A DNA stretch of 64,000 nucleotides, from the IMG/VR virus record IMGVR_UViG_3300033062_000614. One strand, 5' to 3'. Positions 57,288 to 64,000 of this stretch are shown here, one piece after another. Position numbers and translations under genes: made by a program. This stretch comes from a virus. Taxonomy: Duplodnaviria; Heunggongvirae; Uroviricota; Caudoviricetes. The notes under the pieces were generated by a model. It did no database searches. It saw nothing but the letters and a program-made list of their open reading frames with translations, and was not told where the DNA came from. Numbering within the stretch: position 1 is the stretch's first letter; each line of letters opens with the position of its first letter.

Positions 57288-57413
57288 CACTTGCATTTAC
57301 TAGTCAAATAACTCAAAACTTAACTTTTACTTCTGAGCTGACGGTAGTCTTTAACTTTGACAGTCAGATTATAACTAGAGCCGATTTTACTTCAGATATA
57401 GGGGAGAGGTAGT

Positions 57414-57953
57414 ATGCCAGAAAGTCCTATTTTCAAACAGAAGATATATGTAAATGATGTAGGAACAGAGTTTCGTGTTGATTGTAAAGTAGATGTTATT
57501 TCTGCTATTGAGAAGCATATTAGGGTATTGAAGCCTAGCGGTGCAGAAGCCTCTTGGGCATCTACCTTGTTAGGAGCAGTAGGCTCTGTTACAGTCAATT
57601 TTGGTGGAACAGGTTATGCAGTTGATGATATATTGACTGTTGTGCAAGTAGGGGCTTCAGGTTGCCGAGTTAAAGTAACTTCTGTTAATAGCGGAGTTGT
57701 TACAGGACTTCAAGTAATTGATAGTGGAATAACTTATGAACCTGCAACTGGGCTCTCTACTACGGGTGGCTCTGGGTCAGGCTGTCTTGTTAACATATTT
57801 AGTTTAGCAAGCGCAACGATTTTGAAATATGTTACTATGACAGGTGATTTAAGCGAAGCAGGGATATATACTCTGCAGGCTAGTATACGGCTACCTAACT
57901 GGGTTGGGTTAGGGGAATCCGCATACTTTGAGGTCTTTGATAGATTTATGTAA
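57414..57953 (+). CDS. hypothetical β-rich structural protein
   Basis: RBS GGGGAGAGG. Confidence 0.4.
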   Translation: MPESPIFKQKIYVNDVGTEFRVDCKVDVISAIEKHIRVLKPSGAEASWASTLLGAVGSVTVNFGGTGYAVDDILTVVQVGASGCRVKVTSVNSGVVTGLQVIDSGITYEPATGLSTTGGSGSGCLVNIFSLASATILKYVTMTGDLSEAGIYTLQASIRLPNWVGLGESAYFEVFDRFM

Positions 57954-57962
57954 GGAGGGTAT

Positions 57963-58361
57963 ATGGAGCCATCAGTATTTGGAAAGACAGTAGCAGAGTT
58001 TGGAGTAGCGATAGCATTGATTGGTGTAGTAGTGTCATTAATGATATTGTTTATTAAGCATATATTGTCGCAGTCCACAAAGTTATCAGATATGATAGCA
58101 AAAGCAAATGAAGGTTGGACTAAGGTTATTGGCGACCATACAAATGTAATGACGCAGCATAATACAGCTGCGCAACAATTTCACGAACAGGTAACCCAAG
58201 CTCATAACTACCAAAGAGATGAGCACAAATGTTTAGGGGATAACCATAAAGATATGACCAATATTTTAGTCAATGTAGCTAAGACACAAGAAGAGACACT
58301 AAAGGTTGCAAGAGAGATTTCTATTACTTTGATAAGTCTAAATGGGAAGAAGAAAAAATGA
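57963..58361 (+). CDS. membrane-anchored protein (N-terminal TM helix)
   Basis: RBS TAAGGAGGG. 'FGVAIALIGVVVSLMILFI'. Confidence 0.4.
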   Translation: MEPSVFGKTVAEFGVAIALIGVVVSLMILFIKHILSQSTKLSDMIAKANEGWTKVIGDHTNVMTQHNTAAQQFHEQVTQAHNYQRDEHKCLGDNHKDMTNILVNVAKTQEETLKVAREISITLISLNGKKKK

Positions 58362-58801
58362 GTAGGATGATACCACAAGAGTCAATTGATGTATTTCGTC
58401 AGTTCAATGACGTTTCCTTAGACAACTACGGTATAGATTGCACTTTACGTATACCTATCAATTTGACTCAAATGGAAACTAAGGATGCCTACGGACAGCC
58501 TTCTGACATTCAATTTAAGGAATACAAGAATCAGAAAGTCTTCATAGAGTGGAAGGCATCAGAGAACGTTTTAAGAAAACTAGGAGTCTTTACGGAGGGT
58601 GTAGTTCCTATCATAGCTTGGTTTAAGAATTCTCCTATGGTAACTCTACATAGCTACATAATTGTGCCTATACAGTATATACCTAAAGAATTGTCTGACA
58701 CTGATGAATTTGAAATTGTTGATAGGGTTCAAAGAGGTATGCACGATGCTATTCTAATCAATAGTTTTAAGATAGCACCGAGAAGAGTGAGGAGGGTATA
58801 A
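58358..58801 (+). CDS. hypothetical structural protein
   Basis: ATGA coupling. Confidence 0.4.
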   Translation: MSRMIPQESIDVFRQFNDVSLDNYGIDCTLRIPINLTQMETKDAYGQPSDIQFKEYKNQKVFIEWKASENVLRKLGVFTEGVVPIIAWFKNSPMVTLHSYIIVPIQYIPKELSDTDEFEIVDRVQRGMHDAILINSFKIAPRRVRRV

Positions 58802-59007
58802 TGAAGTGTAGAAAGATTACAAATATTTCTAATGTTCTACTACCTATTAAGCTGAAGGGCGGTCTTTCGGTATACGTGCCTCCTGGACAGAGCCTAGAGA
58901 GTGTTGAGGTAGAGGATTTTGAACAGGTTAAGCCCTTTGTATCAGCTGAAGTAGACTTAGCGGAGGTAGTGCCTCCTAAAAAAGGAAAACAGAAAATCTA
59001 TGGATAG
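58801..59007 (+). CDS. small protein
   Basis: TAATG coupling. Confidence 0.35.
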   Translation: MKCRKITNISNVLLPIKLKGGLSVYVPPGQSLESVEVEDFEQVKPFVSAEVDLAEVVPPKKGKQKIYG

Positions 59008-59209
59008 TAGCCAAGGGGCAGTTATACTAGCTAAGCAAAAGGTTTACTCTGACTTTCTAAAGTTGAGAGAAAGAGGAATAAATCCAGAGCCTGAACAATA
59101 TTTCGAGCTTTGGTGTAGGGATTATCTACATAATGTGGGAGCAGCTTTTAGGTCAGAGGTTTGGCGGGGTTTCTTAGATAGTTTATACGAGAATAGGAGA
59201 AAAGGGTAA
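59000..59209 (+). CDS. small protein
   Basis: ATGGATAG overlap. Confidence 0.35.
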   Translation: MDSSQGAVILAKQKVYSDFLKLRERGINPEPEQYFELWCRDYLHNVGAAFRSEVWRGFLDSLYENRRKG

Positions 59210-59889
59210 TGCCTCCAGTTGTTACTACGAGCTTTATTCAGATTGTTGACTTAGGTATGAAGGCTTTGGTATTCAACAGATTTAAGGATATTATGAACCT
59301 TGTTGAAGAAAGCCAAGATTGTGTATTGTATCCTAAGGAGATAGCTCAAAGAAAGATAGCAGAGAAGAGGGGTGAGGGCACAGTAGAGTTTATCAGTCTT
59401 TGGAGAGATGGGACAAAGTTTGCTTGGGAGAGGCAGAGGTCTCCAGTTTCAAGGCACGGTATGTATATGGAGTTTGAAACTGAGGACAAACACGACATAA
59501 TTCAAGTTACTGCCGTTCCAGCAGATTTGGAATACAATATTTGGTTCTGGAGTAAGAGCCTTGAAGTTTTACAACAAGTTGCCGAGAAGTATATGTTTTG
59601 GCAACATCGTGACCCAAACCTAGCTTTACTATTTGCCGATAGGTATAATTTGGAGCTTGACCTTCACTTTGGTGCTTTGATAGATGAGTCTTCGTTACCT
59701 GAGGCATTTGAAAAAGGCGAATACTTTGTATTGAAAGCTCCTATTAAGGTAGATGGTTGGGTCTTTGAAGCACCTTTTGATGTCAAGACTATTCTAAAGA
59801 TACACGTAGCGATATTCGACAGCTTAGGACAGGTTCCTGTCTTACTAGCCGAGTGGTGGGTAAACGAGCACGGGAGAATATATGTTTAG
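59209..59889 (+). CDS. hypothetical tail/neck-region protein
   Basis: TAATG coupling. Sits upstream of the sheath gene. Confidence 0.4.
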   Translation: MPPVVTTSFIQIVDLGMKALVFNRFKDIMNLVEESQDCVLYPKEIAQRKIAEKRGEGTVEFISLWRDGTKFAWERQRSPVSRHGMYMEFETEDKHDIIQVTAVPADLEYNIWFWSKSLEVLQQVAEKYMFWQHRDPNLALLFADRYNLELDLHFGALIDESSLPEAFEKGEYFVLKAPIKVDGWVFEAPFDVKTILKIHVAIFDSLGQVPVLLAEWWVNEHGRIYV

Positions 59890-60301
59890 AGAAATAGTAG
59901 ATAAAACTTCAAAAATTGCAAATGGAATAAGGTTAGACGAAAGGCTAACTCCTGAAGAATTAGCAAGAGCTAGGGACGAGTTAGCTGTGCCAGACGTTCG
60001 ACCTTGTGATTTTGATGTCACCTTTGAAGCGTGGTTAGACAGACTAAGCATCTGGGGTAAGATTAGGATTAAACATACTGACCCTGAGTTTAGGTTCAGA
60101 GGCGAAGTTACACAAAAGAAGTTTCTTGATAAGATGGCTAATGACAGCTATATGGTCAAGGCATTTGGAAAATGGGAATTGGAGAGGACTGCATTGAACA
60201 AATGCAGGCTTTGGCGTGATTATGTTGGATTGGATGGGAAGAAATACACAGAAGAGTTTCTTGTCGAAGTTGAACTGAAACCAGACTGGAAAAAGGGATA
60301 A
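59882..60301 (+). CDS. hypothetical tail/neck-region protein
   Basis: Overlapping start. Confidence 0.4.
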   Translation: MFREIVDKTSKIANGIRLDERLTPEELARARDELAVPDVRPCDFDVTFEAWLDRLSIWGKIRIKHTDPEFRFRGEVTQKKFLDKMANDSYMVKAFGKWELERTALNKCRLWRDYVGLDGKKYTEEFLVEVELKPDWKKG

Positions 60302-60320
60302 AAACAAAAAGGAGGATGCT

Positions 60321-61913
60321 ATGGGATTTTATGTTTCCCCAGGTGTATATGTTAGAGAGAAAGACTTAAGTAATCTTATCCCTAATATATCCACAACGAG
60401 TGCAGCACTAGTAGGTTATTCAACAAAGGGTAGCACTGCTCAAATGATGCTGATTACTAACTCTCAACAGCTCATTCAGGAGTATGGATACCCTGTGCCA
60501 GGCACATTCTTGCATTATACGGGCTTGGCATATCTTGAGAACGGTAATAAGCTCTATTGCTTGAGAGTTCATAATGGAGCGTTGTTCGGAGGTCTCAAGA
60601 TAATGAAGTCAGGCTCTGGTCCAAACCTGACTATGGTTACAGGTAAGGCTGCTAATACCTTCCAATTGGTATCTGGAGAGGATATCTTGTTCTATATCTT
60701 TGGTCGTGACCAAGGAACTTGGAACAACAGCACAGGTATTAGAATTACCAACGTGGATGCGGTAGCCTATACTTTCGATATTGAAGTATATGCTCTAGAT
60801 GCCGATGGTAATTACCAGAAAGTTGAAACTTGGACAGTTTCCCGTAAACATCAAATAGATGGTTATGGAAAACAGCAAAACCTTACTGATGTCATCAATG
60901 GCTACTCTGCATACATAACTGTTACAGATAACCTAATCGAAGCCGATACAGTATTACCTGAAGCCCAGCCTACTACCCTAGCTCTTGGTGGCGGGTCTAA
61001 TGGTGGTGCTGTTGGGGACTCGGAACTCGTTCTGGGTTGGGATAAGTTCTCAAACCCTGACGATGTTGATATCAGGATTCTGTTGAATGGTGGCTATACT
61101 ACAGTTCCTGTTCAGCAGAAGATTAAAACAATTGCAGAGAGCCGTAAGGACTGTATTGGTATTTTGGATATGCCTTATGCTCAAGCGATTGGAACGGTTC
61201 TTGATATGACAAACTGGAGAACTATAACTCAAAACTTCAATACGAGCTATGTAGCCCTCTACTCTCCTTGGGTTAAGATGTATGACCCGTATAATGACAA
61301 GGTTTTGGATATACCGCCTTCTGGGTATATAGGCTCTCAAATAGCCTACAACGATTTCGTTGCCGAACCTTGGTATGCCCCTGCAGGTTTCAACAGAGGT
61401 ATGTTGAACGTGCTAGGTATGGCGGGTAAAATCTTTACACAAGGTGAGAGAGATGTTCTGTGTGAGAAACAGATTAACCCACTCCAGACCTTTAGGGGTG
61501 AGGGTAATGTTATCTGGGGTCAAAAGACAGAACAGGTCAAGGCTTCAGCTCTTGACCGTGTAAACGTGAGAAGGCTCTTGATTGTTATTGAAAAGGCAAT
61601 CTCTGCGAGTTTGAAATACTTTGTGTTTGAGCCTAACAGTGACATTACAAGATACCGCATTACGAATATGATTGAAGAGTATTTAACCCTCTTAGCAGCA
61701 CGTGGTGCGTTCCAAACTGAGGGTGGGGACAAAGGCTTTAAGGTGCTTTGCGACCGCACAAATAATACTCCTGCGATTATAGACCGTAATGAGCTTCACG
61801 TTGATATCTTCTTGAAGCCTTCGAGAGCAGCAGAATTTATCCAGTTGCAGGCTATAATTACCCAGACTGGTGCAAGCTTCGAAGAGTTAATTGCAAGAGG
61901 AGTAATGTTTTAA
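60321..61913 (+). CDS. Tail sheath protein (gp18-like)
   Basis: N-terminal 'YVSPGVYVREKDLS'. C-terminal 'DRVNVRRLL' and 'VLCDRTNNTPAIIDRNEL' parallel T4 gp18 'DRINVRRLF' and 'VVCDTTNNTPSVIDRNEF'. Confidence 0.9.
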   Translation: MGFYVSPGVYVREKDLSNLIPNISTTSAALVGYSTKGSTAQMMLITNSQQLIQEYGYPVPGTFLHYTGLAYLENGNKLYCLRVHNGALFGGLKIMKSGSGPNLTMVTGKAANTFQLVSGEDILFYIFGRDQGTWNNSTGIRITNVDAVAYTFDIEVYALDADGNYQKVETWTVSRKHQIDGYGKQQNLTDVINGYSAYITVTDNLIEADTVLPEAQPTTLALGGGSNGGAVGDSELVLGWDKFSNPDDVDIRILLNGGYTTVPVQQKIKTIAESRKDCIGILDMPYAQAIGTVLDMTNWRTITQNFNTSYVALYSPWVKMYDPYNDKVLDIPPSGYIGSQIAYNDFVAEPWYAPAGFNRGMLNVLGMAGKIFTQGERDVLCEKQINPLQTFRGEGNVIWGQKTEQVKASALDRVNVRRLLIVIEKAISASLKYFVFEPNSDITRYRITNMIEEYLTLLAARGAFQTEGGDKGFKVLCDRTNNTPAIIDRNELHVDIFLKPSRAAEFIQLQAIITQTGASFEELIARGVMF

Positions 61914-61929
61914 GTAAGAGAGGAAATGG

Positions 61930-61959
61930 GGTAGCCCTTATTATATTATAAGGGCTACC
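61930..61959 (+). terminator. stem-loop after sheath gene
   Basis: GGTAGCCCTTA(TTATAT)TAAGGGCTACC, a near-perfect 11–12 bp stem. No U-run. Confidence 0.4.
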
Positions 61960-61991
61960 TCGAACAAGGATAAAAACAAAGGAGGATTGAG

Positions 61992-62513
61992 ATGGCTCAA
62001 ATGGGAATTGATTCCTTAAAGGCAAACTTGAGCAACCCAGCAAGGACGTATCTGTGGGATGTGATTATACCTACTCCTATAGGAATAGGTTCTGCAGATA
62101 ATCTTATGCTTCGTTGCCAGTCTTCACAATTGCCTGGACGGTCAACCGAAAAGATTGACGTCAACTATAAGCAAACAGGCGGTGTGAGGTTCCACGGCAG
62201 ATTAAGATTCCCTGGCGATGGAACTTGGGCACTCACCTTTATTGAAGGTGAAGACAGAGCTATGTTTGACGCTTTCTATAGCTGGTGCCAAAAGCAAGTT
62301 GATGCAAGAATTGGAACAGGAGAGGAAGACCCGAATACCAAGACCGATGTATTGTTAAGCCTTATCACTACTAAGGGCGATGAATGGTTAAGGTTGAAGC
62401 TCTTAGGGGCTTGGGTTCAGGATATTGCTAACGTAGACCTAAGCTATGCTGATAGCCGTGTTATAGAGTTTACGGTTACTATGGCTTATGACTATTGGGA
62501 GCAGGTAAGCTAA
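61992..62513 (+). CDS. Tail tube protein (gp19-like)
   Basis: C-terminal 'VIEFTVTMAYDYWEQ' parallels T4 gp19 'EIQTFEVTLALDYWE'. 173 aa. RBS AAAGGAGGAT. Confidence 0.75.
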   Translation: MAQMGIDSLKANLSNPARTYLWDVIIPTPIGIGSADNLMLRCQSSQLPGRSTEKIDVNYKQTGGVRFHGRLRFPGDGTWALTFIEGEDRAMFDAFYSWCQKQVDARIGTGEEDPNTKTDVLLSLITTKGDEWLRLKLLGAWVQDIANVDLSYADSRVIEFTVTMAYDYWEQVS

Positions 62514-62514
62514 T

Positions 62515-63015
62515 ATGCCTCAGATGGGTGTTGTGATAGATGATATGAGGAATTGGAAACTCCAAAGAAACTATCTTTGGGAGTTGAGGCTTCCCGAAGA
62601 TATAGGAGGAGGGCTTGAAGTCTCCAAGTATTGTCAAGATATTGCGTTTGGGGATTACAATATGGAGGAGGTTTCAACTATTCGGTATGGTGCGTTCAAA
62701 GCGCACTTTGCGGGCTTTTTGAGTGTAGGCACAATTACTGCTACATTTCTAAAGCCAATTCCTGATATTGTCACAACATATTTCTATAGTTGGAGAAGTA
62801 AGATTGTGGACGAGCAGGGATTTTACTATCCCAAAAACAGTTACGCAAGAACGATACGTGTTACTATGATGGGACAAGATGGGAGTGAAACTTGTAACTT
62901 TAGATTTGAAAAAGCGTTCCCTACTAAGTTTCCAGCTTATGAGCTTAGTTACAGGGAAGGCACTTTGACTATGTTGAAAGTTGAATTTTCTGTTGACAGG
63001 GTGTTTATTGAATAG
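62515..63015 (+). CDS. Tail tube paralogue / tube-associated protein
   Basis: Similar size and 'W…KLxxEFSVDRV' C-terminal pattern. Adjacent to the tube gene. Confidence 0.4.
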   Translation: MPQMGVVIDDMRNWKLQRNYLWELRLPEDIGGGLEVSKYCQDIAFGDYNMEEVSTIRYGAFKAHFAGFLSVGTITATFLKPIPDIVTTYFYSWRSKIVDEQGFYYPKNSYARTIRVTMMGQDGSETCNFRFEKAFPTKFPAYELSYREGTLTMLKVEFSVDRVFIE

Positions 63016-63047
63016 AACCTCGTATAAAAACAAAAGGAGGATGAAAA

Positions 63048-63773
63048 ATGGAAGAGAACTACAAACCAATCCAATTACCTTCGAAGTGTCTAGTCTATAA
63101 AGACGTAGACCCCACAAAAGTCCAAATCAGGACATTCAAAGGTAAAGATGAAAAACTGATAGCTGAAATTACCTACGACAACTTTGAGCGGAAGGCACTC
63201 GTAGTTATGCGTAATGTTCTTCAGGGTATTGAACCAGATAAACTTACGGTTGGGGATAGGCTCTATGTATTAGTATGGGAAGCAATCAACTCCTATACTA
63301 AGGATTACGATGTAGAGCATACCTGCAATGATTGCTTCGAGAGAATAACTTCAACTATTGACCTTTCAACCTTAGAAGTAGTTGAGCTACCTGAAGATTT
63401 CAAAGAGCCGTATCCTTTGAAGTTGAGCAATGGGGATATAGTAAACTTGAGGCTTTTCAGGGTTGAAGATGAAATCAAGATTGCAGATTACGAGAAAGCA
63501 GACAAAGCGTCTTGGCTGTATCGTTTTGCTACAGCTATTGTAGATGACTCTAAAGGAATATGGGACAGAGTTGCCTACCTTGAAAATATGGAGAGCAAGG
63601 ACTTAGCCTCAATACGGGCATTTCATAACAAGTTCGTTCACGGACCAAAGATGGAATCTCCGTATATCTGCCCTAAGTGCGGAGGTGCTGGGCGAACCCC
63701 AGTCCCCTTTCGACTTGAGATGCTTTTTCCGTATGGGAAGACGCTTGAAAGATATTTTGGAAATGCAGTTTAA
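63048..63773 (+). CDS. hypothetical tail protein with C-terminal zinc ribbon
   Basis: RBS AAAAGGAGGAT. 'CNDCFE…CPKCGG'. Confidence 0.45.
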   Translation: MEENYKPIQLPSKCLVYKDVDPTKVQIRTFKGKDEKLIAEITYDNFERKALVVMRNVLQGIEPDKLTVGDRLYVLVWEAINSYTKDYDVEHTCNDCFERITSTIDLSTLEVVELPEDFKEPYPLKLSNGDIVNLRLFRVEDEIKIADYEKADKASWLYRFATAIVDDSKGIWDRVAYLENMESKDLASIRAFHNKFVHGPKMESPYICPKCGGAGRTPVPFRLEMLFPYGKTLERYFGNAV

Positions 63774-64000
63774 TTTGATGTATCATCTTCATATGTCGAA
63801 GTCCGACATAGAAGATGCAGATGTAAAAGAGCTTGATTGGATTTATGGGCGTTTAGTAGAACAGAAAAAGAAAGAACAACCTAAGACAGGACTAGAAAGA
63901 GAATAATGACTGATTTTAGTAATGTCAATCTAGGTAAAGAGAAGAAACCTACTACTTCTAGTGAGTGGGCTAGGGAGAGGCTCGCAGCAGGAGAGTCTCC

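Noticed and set aside
94-63117. All minus-strand ORFs in the track, e.g. 21290..21739 (149 aa), 54548..55399 (283 aa), 37222..37635 and 40424..40765
   Set aside because: Each lies wholly inside or antisense to a well-supported + strand gene with recognisable motifs. They have low-complexity or Ser/Leu-rich translations typical of shadow ORFs, and none has an RBS. The + strand is a continuous, translationally coupled gene array.
1-64000. CRISPR arrays, rRNA or tRNA genes
   Set aside because: No regularly spaced direct repeats and no tRNA-like structures were found in the few intergenic gaps. Coding density is about 95%.

Overview
The window is a densely packed block of genes, all on the + strand, from a large tailed dsDNA phage or prophage with a T4-like core. 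Many genes are translationally coupled through ATGA or TAATG overlaps and carry strong AGGAGG ribosome-binding sites. GC content is roughly 40%.

The first 15 kb holds enzyme and replication/recombination genes: a radical-SAM protein (5' partial), a CX5R phosphatase, possible glycosyltransferases, a LmbE-like deacetylase, and a family-4 uracil-DNA glycosylase (UDG) fused to a family-A DNA polymerase. This module also contains gp32-like ssDNA-binding, UvsX-like recombinase, a single-polypeptide SbcD–SbcC (gp47–gp46-like) nuclease, a homing-endonuclease-like ORF and a RuvC-like resolvase.

From about 16 to 23 kb there is a run of small 'early-type' genes. These include a zinc-ribbon protein fused to a GroES-like domain, a type-IV-prepilin-like protein, an SPFH/HflC-like protein, a SAM-dependent methyltransferase, MazG, and many small zinc-ribbon proteins.

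From 22.5 kb onward lies the virion module: candidate small terminase, gp17-like large terminase, a sigma-70-like factor, and the gp20-like portal. It continues with a cluster of small proteins, a CspA cold-shock protein, an outer-membrane β-barrel-like protein, and two paralogous LamG-like fibre proteins. Further on are an acyl-carrier protein, a lytic-transglycosylase-like protein, a 1349-aa low-complexity giant protein, uncharacterised structural genes, a gp21-like prohead protease fused to a scaffold, the gp23-like major capsid, gp18-like sheath and gp19-like tube proteins.

The most striking signal is that at least ten proteins share an N-terminal 'M-R/K-E/K/Q-L-h-E-K/R-L' motif carrying an L-x-E tripeptide. 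Combined with the gp21-like protease, this looks like an undescribed capsid-targeting / protease-cleavage peptide family marking head-packaged internal or ejected proteins.

No tRNA, rRNA or CRISPR arrays were seen. All minus-strand ORFs in the track look like shadow ORFs.
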